Source: Eledone cirrhosa (Eukaryota). From it: a stretch of 64,000 bases of DNA. The notes beneath the pieces were generated by a model. That model worked only from the letters and a program-made list of their open reading frames with translations, was not told the DNA's origin and searched no databases. Position 1 is the first letter of the stretch; every line of letters begins with the position of its first letter. Below, piece after piece: positions 39,821-54,474 of this stretch. The translations under genes and the position numbers were made by a program. Location of the stretch: NCBI GenBank assembly GCA_964016885.1, contig OZ024742.1, positions 267,158,001 through 267,222,000 of the forward strand, written 5' to 3'.

Positions 39821-40087
39821 ATATATATATATATATGTATATATATATAGGTGCGTGTGTGTGTGTATAATATATATATTATACACACCCATACACACAC
39901 ATATATATATATATAACCTTACACACTTAAATATAAATGCATGTTTATATATACAAATGTATAAATGCATAGATATCTACATTCGTAAATGTATGTATCT
40001 ATATATGTATGTATGAGCGGAACAAGTACACATTAAACAATCTTTTAAATAAATTAAAATACGATTTAAATATTTACCTCTTCTAGT

Positions 40088-40168
40088 GCCATGACCGTAC
40101 GGTTTCGCTTATCAAAAGATTGGAAATTCAGAGAATTTCAAATGGAAAGATATAGCTCTTCAGATAGC
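40088..40168 (-). ncRNA. Canonical type I hammerhead, family J
   Basis: GCTAT-CTGAAGA-GCT...GAAATTC TCT GAATTTC...AGC-GAAA-CCGTACGG (palindrome)-TC-ATGGC; GUC triplet. Confidence 0.85.
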
Positions 40169-40380
40169 TTTTCCAAATCTGCCCAGTGAATGAATCAAGC
40201 CGTTAAAATGACCCACCCAGTTATTGGACCGTTAGAAAAAGCGGGAATTATAGACTCGCTGATATTTCATGATGCTAGAAATAGCAGCATGATACAGTAT
40301 TTTTTCTCTACATTAAGGAGAATTATGTATGTAGATTTACATATATATATATTATGTATGTATGTATGTAGATTTATATG

Positions 40381-40472
<92 letters not shown>

Positions 40473-40598
40473 TCTATATATACATATATATACGTAGGTC
40501 CAGGGTTGAGTCGGGGATAACCACAGTAAGTAAGGTACTCAATACATGGCAGAGTAAAATATATTTATTGTATAGAAGGAGCTTCTACAGGACTAGTA

Positions 40599-40740
<142 letters not shown>

Positions 40741-40749
40741 GTATGTATG

Positions 40750-40780
<31 letters not shown>

Positions 40781-40804
40781 ATTTATATATATATATGTAT
40801 GTAG

Positions 40805-40871
<67 letters not shown>

Positions 40872-41106
40872 AATCTACATACATACATTTACGTACGTAT
40901 ATAGCTATGCATTTATACATTTGTATATATATATGCATTTATATTTAAGTGTGTAAGGATGTTGATATGATCTATGTTTTCTTTTTTTGGTAAGGAGAAC
41001 ATTTTTGTCGCCAGATATATTACCTAGGGAGTTTAAATACCACACTCCTGGTTGAAAGTTGACCAGGTTCTCAACTTCATCAAACACTAACGCCGGCCTC
41101 TGTGTG

Positions 41107-41137
<31 letters not shown>

Positions 41138-41489
41138 ATGTATGTGTATATATGTGTGTGTGTATGTATGTGTGTGTATGTTCACCACCATTTCTTCTTC
41201 TTGTCATTTCTGTTGAAGTAGTCCTTACTTTCATTCTCTATGATTTCTTTTGATTTTCTTTTATCTCCTTAGGGAATTCGTTGACAAGCTTCTTTAATTT
41301 ATTTTCTTGAGACGTCTAAGAGACGTACAAATATGACTTATAAAACTTACCAAACTAAAAGGGCTTCTAGCGCCCCCAAAGTTTCAAACGCACCCTTACT
41401 GCATAACGCCCCTCTGAGGCAACGAAACTCCCCCAGGGTGGGGGGGGGGGCATATGGCCCCTGTTGAAAACCTTTAGTTTAGAGGATCT

Positions 41490-42400
41490 ATCCAGCGAGC
41501 TTTACGTACACATGCCAGACTTGTTCGCTGACCTCTTGGCGGACGACTACTGCAACTGGCAGCAGAACGCTAGCATCTCCAGCTCTGTGAGCCGAGGAGT
41601 GATGGGGCTGCTGAGAAAGGACCCGAACAAGGGGGACAACAGATAATTTCCGGCACATAACTCTGCTAAAAGCAGAGTTCATAATGTTGGCCAAGGTGCT
41701 AGAAAAGAGGTTGACGCTCGTCGTCGGTGGCCTGGTGGGAGAGGCGCAAACATGCACCATTCCAGACAAATCCATTCACGACAACCTCCACCTCATGTGA
41801 TACATCGTTGAGAGAGTAGCTAATGAAGATGACATGGCTGGGGCCCTTGATCAATTTAGATCACTCGAAAGCTTTCGATAGGGTGGACCGTCGGTATCTG
41901 GCGGCGGTCCTAGGGGCGGTCAGCTTTGGGGCCGTCTCCAACGGCTGGATCACTGCGATGCACAGCGATATCTGCTCTCTGGTGAGAGTGAACGGTCACC
42001 TTTCGGAACCGTTCAGCATCAGGTGCCCCGTCCCCCAAGTATGTTCCCTCTTGACCTCGTTGTATGTTTTGACTTTCGAGCCATTACTTGACAAACTGGA
42101 GACGCTGAGGGGCGTCCCGCGGGAACTGGAATGCGGGAGAACCATGTCAGCATATGCCGATGACCTTGCGGTAGTGGTGTCGAGCGCGAAACACATCGAA
42201 GCGATCGGCACTGCGCTAAGAGAATACGAGGTGGTGACAGGAGCAATGATTAAACAGAAAAAGTCGGTGTGTCCTCAGCTCGACACGTGGAGAATGGAAT
42301 CCATGGCGTCCAACAGTGTCGTCGGCCGCTGAACGGACGGACTGCGTGAATAGCTAGGGGCCTGGTTCGGTCCGGATCTCCAGACCGACATAAACTGAGA
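41490..42400 (+). mobile_element. Decayed Tx1/L1-clade RT fragment
   Basis: ELYVHMPDLF, CNWQQN, LINLDHSKAFDRV, SAYADD, co-linear with ORF2 of the intact element. Confidence 0.85.
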
Positions 42401-43804
42401 ACCATCTAAGTTCGAATTACATAGACAATTATGTTGGATTTCGCTAGACGGCGCTGGTCGTCAGTCTTCTATCCATGGTTGAGGCTTTCAAATGTTAATT
42501 TATTAAATATACCGTATATCTTTAGATATACGAAATTCACATACATATATGTATACAGCTATGTCGATGCTAAATTCTAATTCGATTTTACATTGAGCCA
42601 ACTTATACAGCTTCGTATGAAAATGAGGCTAATCAGCCCTCCTACACAGAGGAAAAAACTATATATTGTCGCGAATTTATATTCTAAAGAGTTAGCCATG
42701 CGGGCTTTTTTTGAAACTATCATGTAATAGAGATCTCATCACCTATACTGATACCCCTATTCTCCTTTCTTACCTTTTCTATGCCTCAGTGTCATTTTCG
42801 TCTGCATGTTGGACAACAGTCCTTTCTCTTCTATTTTACTATTATTCTATTCTCTCTGTTTTTTTCCTTTAGCTAAGCCCTTGCTAACTCTATATTTGTG
42901 TAATTTGCCTAAAGGCATAACTTGTCTCTACCTGTTTTTAATGTCCCAATGTGCACTGGAATGAATGGTACGGAGCTTAATAACCGTAACCACGGTGATT
43001 TCCAAAGTTTAATTGAGGAGAAGGGACTGTCCTTCTCGCTGTTGTTTTTTTCCATTGTCTTTGTCATGTACGTTCCATATTTTGAATATATATATATGGA
43101 ATAGCTTTAAATATCCTGCTGCTTTCGTAGATTAGTGAAATATTTTTGCTTTTAGTGTGCATTAACATATTAACTGAGGCACCCATAATAAATATTATTC
43201 CAACTAATATATTCTCGGAATGCAAGATTTTGCTCGTCCCACAGAATCAACAAACGTGTCCATCACAACTCGACATCTCAGACCGCTTCCTCTTATCTCT
43301 CAGCTAGTTAAATCTCTACTTCTCCTCTCCTAGTATACATATGAACATGTGTATGTGTTTTTCTCTAAACACACGTTAAAAGTCTGCCATTTGGATGTTC
43401 AAAAGTACTTGTCCAAAAATAAACCGACTGGGTGTGAACTGATGTTCCACCATAATTTCTGGTATTAAAGAGTAACTCGTAAGATGAGTCGGTTCAGGAA
43501 AACCAAATCAGCAACAGCACCATGAATTCACAAGAGGTCATTGCCAGTTCTGAAGCCGCTTTAAAACATTACCACATTTATATTAAGCAATACCAACCTT
43601 TATTAGAGAGAATACAGAACTATGAAGGAACGATTTGTTTGTGATCTCACCAGTTATTTTATGTATAACACACACACGCATATAAACATGTATAGTAGAT
43701 ATATAAATATATCGACAGTCGATCGACTTTCGTCATATCAGACCGAGGAAACAATGTCTTTCCAATTGCTAATATGATCTATCGGTCGTAACTCCAGGTA
43801 GAAG

Positions 43805-44165
43805 GAACAATGTGAAATAAAGTGTCTTGCTCCAGGACATAACGCGTCACCAGATCAGGGAACCGACCTTACGTTTGTGAATCCAATTCTCTACCGACTC
43901 AGCCGACACTATATATAAATATATATATATATAAATAAGGTATGTATGCGTGTATAATGAGTTCCCCTTCTAAGCACAAATCCAGGCAAGTTTGTTTGTG
44001 GAAGAGCACATACCTGTCTCCCTTGTCCACTAAGGTTAAGGCAATGCCCGATACATATTGGCACTAGTTGAGTAAACTGGAACCAAAAAATTAACCTGTC
44101 TGACAAACGAACTCACAACCTATCGATGTCCAGACGAATGCTCTAACCACTCAGCCATGTTCCTT
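43805..44165 (-). mobile_element. Two degenerate SINE fragments
   Basis: GTGAAATAAAGTGTCTTGCTC (as in the 5275-5515 family); CTCTAACCACTCAGCCA tRNA A-box on the minus strand. Confidence 0.5.
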
Positions 44166-44352
44166 CATATATTCCATTAACTTGTAATCTGTACTAGTAA
44201 TAAATATTTGTTCTGCGGATTTATATATACTTATTGATGTATATATATATTACACTTATCGAGTCGTCTTTGAATTTTGGTCTTTGTATTTATCATTACT
44301 ATACACATACACACTCTCACACACACACACGCCCCCCCCCCCCCCCCACACA

Positions 44353-44457
<105 letters not shown>

Positions 44458-44482
44458 ACACACACATATATATTAAAAAAAA

Positions 44483-44540
<58 letters not shown>

Positions 44541-44543
<3 letters not shown>

Positions 44544-44957
44544 GGAGGTGAGTTTTATTGTAGTACAATAAAGCAATGCAGATATTGGATAAGAAACACT
44601 CTACAGTTTGTAGGACTGGAGTATACATAATATATAAGAACAAAAGATGGTTAAAAGAGTTCCATGTATTTTATTATGCGCATTTCAAAAAAAAATATCA
44701 TCATGCAATAATATTTGTTTTCATCAGATAAAACAGGAAGACATGATATGAAGGTTAAAAAACACTTGTGGATAGTGCAGTTTTAAATCAACATATGATA
44801 TGTTGATTTAAAACTGCACTATCCACAAGTGTTTTTTAACCTTCATATCATGTCTTCCTGTTTTATCTGATGAAAACACAAATATTATTGCATGATGATA
44901 TTTGTTTTTGAAATGCGCATAATAAAATACATGGAACTCTTTTAACCATCTTTTGTT

Positions 44958-44962
<5 letters not shown>
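44541..44962. mobile_element. Foldback hammerhead element, family K, copy 1
   Basis: Arms 44632-44796 and 44799-44962 meet at TCAACATATGATATGTTGA; (TA)n on both sides. Confidence 0.9.
44861..44927 (+). ncRNA. Type I hammerhead, family K (mirror copy 44669-44733 on minus)
   Basis: TTTTAT-CTGATGA-AAACACAAATATTAT...GATATTTGTTTTT-GAAA-TGCGCA (palindrome)-TA-ATAAAA. Confidence 0.85.
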
Positions 44963-45037
<75 letters not shown>

Positions 45038-45063
45038 TATATATATATAAATATATATTTATT

Positions 45064-45097
<34 letters not shown>

Positions 45098-45185
45098 AAT
45101 AAATATATACATATATATGAATAAATATATACACATGGTGAACTAACTGTTGTGTAACCACTTATATATATATATATATATATTT

Positions 45186-45765
45186 CTAGGGCGGGTAAAA
45201 TTCCCTAGATCCATGGACGAGTTCTCTCCAGCGGTCTCTGTCCCTCATTATCGCTGCCATGTCCTGCGTCTCCATCAGACTAGTGTCTGTCCTTAGGGCA
45301 TCAACACATGTTAACCTTGGTCTTCCTCTTCCAGTGTGTCCATGTAGGGGCTCCCACAGGAGCACTGAGTGTAATGTCAACTCTGGTTGTCGGTGAGCAT
45401 GTCCAGCTAACCTCAATCTCCTCTGTGTCACTTTTGAGCTGACTTTTGGGAGGCTCCCATACAGCTCTGAGTTTTCATGCTCAGTGTATACTGAGTAATG
45501 TTCAGAGCCATCCTCAGCATTCTTGTGTAGCACCCATCCACCATCTGAGTGAGTTTCTTGGTCAGTGTCCAAGTCTCTGACCCGTACAGCAGCACAGACT
45601 CCACTACAGCAATGAAGAGGCGGATTTTCAGGTCTTTACGAAGTTTCGACTTCCACACCGATATCAAGCTGCGGCACGCCGCCCAGGATGTTCTCTTCCT
45701 CTCAACCACATTATCTTTCGTATTCCCAATCCTTGCTCCCAAATACAGGAAGTCCTCAAGCAATT
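45186..45765 (-). mobile_element. 5'-truncated RTE-clade LINE
   Basis: DFLYLG, VESVLLYGSETW, DGCYTRMLR, RRLRLAGH, GRPRLT; between (TA)n tracts. Confidence 0.9.
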
Positions 45766-45824
45766 CTATACATTTATATATATATATTTATATATATATA
45801 TAAATGTATATATATATATATATT

Positions 45825-47196
45825 TTGAGTTTATGTTGGTTGTATACCAACACCTCAGTATGCAGGCTGGAGCACTCGACGAAGTGCGCAGGTTGGTTTG
45901 GTTACTCCGGTGTAGTGTAAAATAAAGTTAAATAAAAGTCAAATGATTAAAATTTAGCTTCGTTTATTACTGCTATATATATTTCAGTGACAGCCAATAT
46001 ATATTTCAGTGAACTCCCCTCAAGCCACAGGGAACAACCCAGGCGGAGCAGACACCATGATAGCCTAGAGATAGAATCGGACACAGCCATAATAATTTGG
46101 CCAACATCTATAACACAAACACTTTTAATTTACCAGATTTCTGACTTTCAAGTTCCAATCTTAAATCTTGATTTCTCTTTAATAATTTCTTATTTGTTTT
46201 CTGCCCTCTTCACTGTATCACCTTATATTTATTTTAAGTTGAGATAGATTATAAACAAACACATTGAATATCTCATCTTAACATCTTGTATCATACCAAT
46301 CTATCCAACATATTCTGACCTTGAGATTGGTTATAGCACACACACACACACTTTATCCTACATTATTTCTCACTTCTCCATATACATTATCATTACTTTT
46401 TCACCAATCTCTCATTTACTCTTTATTCTTTATTCTCTATTTATTTATTTATTTTCAAATTACACAAATTATATTAATTATTTTATTTTTTTATATTATT
46501 TATTTATTTTCTGTTTTCTTCATTTATTGCATTATATTTCTTCATATACATGAAAGAACCCCCCCCCCCCACCACCACCACCACCACTACGATGGTGGCG
46601 GGAGGGATGAAGAAAAAACACAAACTGGATACTTCTAAATTGTTAGCAGCAGCAAGATATAAGCTGACCACTACAACAACAACAGTACCAAAATAATGGT
46701 GGAGGTCAAATGTACTGAACAATAGCAGGCAAAAACACTACAGGGAGCCTCACCCCAGAAAGAATTCTATAGACTTCTGACTGAGGAATGCTCTCAGAAC
46801 TGAACAATGGGAAGTTTGACACTTTTTTGTTATTTTGTTCCTTTAACACCTTGTCCCTTCTACCATTTTATCAATTTTTAAGCTAACTCCAACAATAACA
46901 ACACTTAGAATGAGGAATGTTCTAATAACTGACCAATGAGAGGAGAAGGGGACCTGTGACACGAAAATTCGTTTGTTTGAATTCATATGACTCCAGTTCC
47001 CCAGTGAATTAACAACCCAACAAGGAACTGGGCGTATCAGAGTATTGACAATAGCATACACCTAGACAACATATGTACTTGTCTATACCATACTAATTCA
47101 AACTGCCTGAAGAGGTCACAGCCAAAGATGGCTGTCAAATATATATAGCAGTAATAAACGAAGCTAAATTTTAATCATTTGACTTTTATTTAACTT

Positions 47197-47205
<9 letters not shown>
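45825..47205. mobile_element. Family D element, copy 2: inverted partial arm (45825-45997) and direct arm (46830-47205) around an 830-bp spacer
   Basis: Both arms match 6690-7138; the hammerhead at 47102-47152 has a 4-nt deletion removing the G of GAAA. Confidence 0.8.
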
Positions 47206-47244
<39 letters not shown>

Positions 47245-47251
<7 letters not shown>

Positions 47252-47990
47252 AGTAATATATATGAGTAATATATATGATGAAACAGATACCAACACATCT
47301 GTATTTATATTGCAAAAGAAAATTAGCCAGAATGAAGAATATTAATTATTTTACTACAGTTCGTCCACATCGATTTAAAATAATAAATCGACAAAAACTA
47401 GCTGCGCTGCCAAAAGGCTATGATGTTTATACACATTTAAATTTCAAAATCAAACCTGTTCCGTAGATAAGTTTAAACACTAAAATCCAAACATGTTTCG
47501 AGATGAATAAGTGTATAAGTGTAGGAAATCTTGCCACTGCTCTCCTCAGTAAACATCCAGAGACAATTGATAAGCTTCACTTCTAAATAATTTAAAAGAC
47601 TGTGTGACGCACATGGGTTCACAGATTCAAGCCAGTCTCATAACCGTACTGCTAGAAATAACAGTCGTATATATGAGGCGAATTTCAGCTCAGCCAGGAG
47701 CAGTTATATATTATTAAGTGTAATGAATTCTTTTACAATGGAATTAGCTCAAAAGGAAATATTCCTGAGCCGTGTATAAGAGTAATATATATGAGTAATA
47801 TATATGATGAAACAGATACCAACACATCTGTATTTATATTGCAAAAGAAAATTAGCCAGAATGAAGAATATTAATTATTTTACTACAGTTCGTCCACATC
47901 GATTTAAAATAATAAATCGACAAAAACTAGCTGCGCTGCCAAAAGGCCTGTTCCATTGTAAAATAATTCATTACACTTAATAATATATAT
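47245..47990 (-). mobile_element. Hammerhead-containing unit of about 530 bp with terminal direct repeat and short 5' inversion, family L
   Basis: 47245-47417 repeated at 47775-47947; 47705-47742 inverted at 47951-47988. Confidence 0.7.
47485..47554 (-). ncRNA. Type I hammerhead, family L
   Basis: GTTTA-CTGAGGA-GAG...CTC-GAAA-CATG (palindrome)-TT-TGGAT (stem I with G-U pairs). Confidence 0.65.
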
Positions 47991-48008
47991 ATATATATAT
48001 ATATATTG

Positions 48009-49317
48009 ATATATATAAAACAGAAGATGTCTGTCTGTGCATGTGTATGATTTTTATGCATTTTCACATTTCTCTACCGATTTTGATGATTTTTTTTTCA
48101 ATGTGCTCCAAATTTACCAACAATGGTCAACGCGTAATAAACTTTGTCAAAAAATCTTCTGTTTCTATGAGAAAATCGATAAAGCTAAATGCTTGCTGTA
48201 ACCCTCTCTTTTACACGCTTATTCACTCTCTCTACGACCCAACAGCGACAAAACTTCGTTCAGGAACGCCACATAAACTTTGAAATCTAGGTAACACATC
48301 ATTTTAATCAACAACAAACATAGTCATAACGCTCTCTCTGTTGCTCTTCCCTCTCTCTATAATAGATCATTCCCCCCTCTCTATAATTTAACTGCTTTAC
48401 TCTCTTCATGATTTGAGGTTTAACACACTTTCCTATAGTTTCTTAGATTTACTCTCTCCATCGATCTTCCCTCTCTCTATAATAGATTATTTCCCCTCTC
48501 TATAATTTAACTGCTGGGGAGTAGTTGGAGTTCCGTATTGACATACGGCTTTTCTGGGGCATTTTATATCAGCTTATTGCAAATAACAACCCGCAAAATA
48601 TCACTTCATATAACAGATTAATGCTATAGACATATGAATTGGAATGTTTAAATTATTTATTTTTTACGACATTCATTAATATGACAACACTCATAGTGTT
48701 GTACTTTTGGCAATTCTGCGTAAACACTGCCAAGGATGAACCTTTTCCCCTCGGCGTCAGATATGCCATTCGATTTCCGGCGATCCCAATTCCCGGTGAG
48801 ACCATGTTTTGCCATGTCCATTAACAAGTCACAAGGGCAAACATTGGCGGTGGCGGGCATCCATTTGGGGGAGCCATGCTTCTCCCATGGCCAACTTTAT
48901 GTTGCCTGTTCCCGCGTAGGGAGCAGGAGTGGATTTTTTGCTTACACTCCTCAAGGGATGACACGTAATATCGTCTACAAAGAGGTGCTATAGATGTTGG
49001 TGCAGGTGCTGGAGGTGTTGGAACTATGCCGTCTGGAAAACTATTTTCTGGTATGGTTACCCATGGCAGACATATCTGACACCCAGCGGCATCAGGGACA
49101 CCATCTTGCAAGTTTGGTCTGCTAAATTCGCCATTGGAAGATTATTAACCCATCATTGATTGTCCAAAATGGTAATTGGTTCGTAACTTTTAATAACTGG
49201 TTCAACTGCTTTATGCACTTAATTGATAAGCTTATTCGCTTTCAAGCCACGTTTACCTGTATGTAACTGTTCATAGCAAATGAACAAACCCGAGCAACGC
49301 CGGGCTAAACTGGTAGT
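48009..49317 (+). mobile_element. Internally deleted Helitron retaining the PIF1-like helicase C-terminus
   Basis: 48750-48993 encodes QFPVRPCFAMSINKSQGQTL...FSHGQLYVACSRV...NIVYKEVL*; 3' hairpin CCCGAGCAACGCCGGG then GTAG|T. Confidence 0.85.
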
Positions 49318-49336
49318 ATATATATACATATATACT

Positions 49337-50572
<1,236 letters not shown>

Positions 50573-50646
50573 TATATATATATACTTATATATATATAAA
50601 TATATATATATACCTATATATATATATATGTATATAAAAATATCTA

Positions 50647-50752
<106 letters not shown>

Positions 50753-50760
50753 TTATATAT

Positions 50761-51196
50761 GTAGGAGGTGAGTTTTATTGTAGTACAATAAAGCAATGCA
50801 GATTTCGGATAAGAAGCACTCTACAGTTTGTAGGACTGGAGTATACATAATATATAAGAACAAAATATATTTAAAAGAGTTCCATGTATTTTATTATGCG
50901 CATTTCAAAAACAAAAACAAATATCATCATGCAATAATATTTGTGTTTTCATCAGATAAAACAGGAAGACATGATATGAAGATTAAAAACACTTGTGGAT
51001 AGTTCAGTTTTAAATCAACATATATGTTGATTTAAAACTGAACTATCCACAAGTGTTTTTTAATCTTCATATCATGTCTTCCTGTTTTATCTGATGAAAA
51101 CACAAATATTATTGCATGATGATATTTGTTTTTGAAATGCGCATAATAAAATACATGGAACTCTTTTAACTATCTTTTGTTCTTATATATTATATA

Positions 51197-51200
<4 letters not shown>
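50761..51200. mobile_element. Foldback hammerhead element, family K, copy 2 (hammerheads 50889-50961 minus, 51085-51151 plus)
   Basis: Same left end GTAGGAGGTGAG and same centre TCAACATATATGTTGA as copy 1. Confidence 0.9.
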
Positions 51201-51274
<74 letters not shown>

Positions 51275-51278
<4 letters not shown>

Positions 51279-51946
51279 ATTAAGGATACTATTTATAGTT
51301 ATGTATATTCTAAACTTTTTATAGTTATGTAGATTTTAAACTATAAACAGGGAAGGTCAGTAATTTATTACTACCTTATTACCAGTAAGATAAATAGCTC
51401 AATGTAATAACATCAGTTGTTCTACAGAGCAGTTATATAGAATTCACAAGAATCAAAGCTATGTTCAAAGCATTTATTCACTTACAATTGTTTCATCCAA
51501 ACGTAGGCTTGGACTCTTCGGACCATTTTTCAATGTTTGTACATATAATTGACTTCCTATCCAACGCAGGAGACATACAGATACATATATATATATATAT
51601 ATTGATGTACAGTGGAGTGACATATATTATACTATACTATATTTGTACAGCAATTCAAATTCAAAATCAAAATCAAAATCAAAATTAAAATTAAAATACA
51701 TTCAGCAGATAACACAGATAATGCAAGAGGATAGTTTGATAGTCAGATCTAGTAGATAGTGTATGCGTTAGTTACAGATGGAGCATGCAAGTGTCTCATT
51801 TATATACGATTATTGTGTGGCAAGGTGTTACATGTAATGCAAGCACTTTAAGCGGGTAAGCAAGAGTATTATGCTGGTTGTAGTGGTAGGGTATTTTTTG
51901 TATAGATAAAAAAGTATGTCTGCTGAAAAAGAAAAAGAAAAAGAAA

Positions 51947-51977
<31 letters not shown>

Positions 51978-54422
51978 GAAAAAGAAAAAAAAAGAAAAAG
52001 AAAAAGAAAAAGAAAAAGAAAAAGAAAAAGAAAAAGAAAAAGAAAAAGAAAAAGAAAAAAAAGGAAGTTATAGTTTTCGCATCCACCACCATTTTCACAT
52101 CAGAAAAAGTAATATAGTTTTTACATCCATCACATAAGTTACGATGATTCCGTATTGAATGTTTGATGCATTAAATTATTGTAGCGTATTGAGGCTCAGT
52201 GTTATTTAATCCATATTTATAGAATAGGTTCTTTCTGCTGAGAGAATTTACAGTGGTTTATTTCCCGGAAGTAGGTGTGTAAATAAGGGGAGTTAATGCG
52301 TAAGGGAGTTAACTAGCTGATTCTCATAACTAAATTCATTGTTCTAACATACATCATATGGTGCTTCAATTGAGTCCCTTATATAAAAGGTTATATATTT
52401 ATATCTAATTTTCAATTTTAAATACAGTCTACTCTATCATAATGTATTAAAGGAAGTTGATGACTCTATAATTGAATTTTCCATACAAACTGCCATATCT
52501 TTATATCAAAGTTCACTGTAAATACAGTCTACTCTCAAAACATATCAGAGGACCTATTAGAATTTTGTCTACATAACTCCTGGTAAGTTATGGAGCACCG
52601 TATGGCTCTTTGCATGACAAAATCAAATACATCTCTTGGGTAGACAAATACATCCCTCATTTACAATGGCATTAATCTATCCATCAAGTTATACATGCAT
52701 ATATAATTCATATATAATTCATTGCAGCACCCTACATATAAGTTAGACAGATCCCTTATGTTAATAAATTAATCCTATATATATATCTAATGTTATTACT
52801 CCATACGTTTAATTACAATTGCATATATAATTCACTGCCGTATCTAGTATTTAAAGTTTATATAGACTGTATTATATTTCTATCACTATATAATTATAAG
52901 TAATTGAAAGTAATTATATTAAAAGTTGGTGTTTATGGGGATATTTCGAGGGTATGAAGTTATAGATAGATAGAATGATTTGTGTCGAGGGAAGGGTGGA
53001 TCAGAGAGTGTGGTGTAGTGGTGTAAGGCATTCCCTTGAGGTGTGGTGTTAGAAGCGGTGATGGGTTCAAGTCTGACTTGTTATATATTGGGTTTACCGT
53101 TTTGGAAGGAGTGCCGGAAGCGGTGCTGGCACGACGCAAACACTTCCAATTTTTCATTAAGGAGGTTAAGGTTCGAGAAGATTATAATATGGGTCTCTAG
53201 TAGACAGAGGTTACAGAATTTATTAGGAGGTCTGTACGATGCCGCGTTACCTTACACTTCCCATTGAAGTGTATATGATCTATTTCTAGTTTTCAGATAC
53301 TGTATGTAGCTAGATAGTGAAGTGGAGTTGGCTAGACTGTGTTTTTTTAAAGAATGGAGATGTGAATTGTATCTGGTTTTGAAGTAGTTCGAAGTAGAGC
53401 CTATATAGGTTTCAGAAGAGTTGCTAGTTCTGACCGTGCATGAGTAGATGATGTCCTTGATTAAGCAGTTTTTATCTAAAGGACAGGTTCTACAGTTACA
53501 AATATTTTGGATGTTAACCTGTCGGCTACTATGTTGTGTAGAAGTCTGGTTCCTAGGTATTGCATTATGGCTATGGGGGTTGTCGCTCCCAATGTTATTG
53601 ATTTCATTAGTGTTATTACTATTATTACTATTGATATCAGGGTTTGCAGATATTACGTTGTTCTGAAAGTTTACCGCCTGCTGTGTTTTAGTTTGTTGAA
53701 AGTAAGTATTAATCTTTCTTTTATTGCTACTAGCTATGTGGTATGCTATGTTAGGCGTGGTAGAGTAGGAGATTTTAATGGTGTTTTTATTTATAAGACT
53801 ATGGTACTTGTGGCTAGATGGGAAGTTTTCATCCAGGAGTGAGAAGAAAGCCTTAGGTAGGTTGGTGGAGACGTTTAGATTGAAAGGGGGGGGGGAATGT
53901 ATTAGTTCTTCTTCTATTTTTGTTTTTTACATCTGTTGAGGTGTTTCCGTTTATGGTATTTTGGTGTCTTCTTTGGTGTGAATTACGTTTGTTGCTACCC
54001 TTCGTATTAGTGTGTGTGTGGTTATTACTTTTATTACTATTTTTCCTCATGGACATATTGTGAGAAATAATGTTGTAACTATGTGTTTTTATAGGTAGGA
54101 ACTCGATCTCATTATTATGGCCTGATCTAGCTAGTGCCTGATTATAGTGCATTATCTGTGTTATCTGCCGAATATATTTTAATTTTAATTTTAATTTTGA
54201 TTTTGATTTTGAATTTGAATTGCTGTACAAATATAGTATAGTATAATATATGTCACTCAACATTACATCAATATATATATATGTATCTGTATGTCTCCTG
54301 CGTTGGATAGGAAGTCAATTATATGTACAAACATTGAAAAATGGTCCGAAGAGTCCAAGCCTAGGTTTGGATGAAACAATTGTAAGTGAATAAATGCTTT
54401 GAACATAGCTCTGATTCTTGTG
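51275..54422 (-). mobile_element. 5'-truncated Penelope-like element with 280-bp inverted pLTR (51445-51725 vs 54148-54422)
   Basis: Minus strand 53095-54150 encodes YNQALARSGH, CNCRTCPLDKNCL, DIIYSC...TYIGSTSNYFKTRYNSH (GIY-YIG), CNLCLLE; (GAAAAA)n in the 3' UTR. Confidence 0.85.
54341..54390 (+). ncRNA. Variant hammerhead motif, family N (mirror 51478-51526 on minus)
   Basis: CCGAAGA-GTCCAAGC CTAG GTTTGGAT-GAAA-CAATTG (palindrome)-TA; stem I poor. Confidence 0.5.
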
Positions 54423-54429
54423 TATTCTA

Positions 54430-54474
<45 letters not shown>

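Noticed and set aside
42420-42472. CTGACGA...GAAA on the minus strand
   Set aside because: Stems I-III pair poorly; at best a very decayed motif
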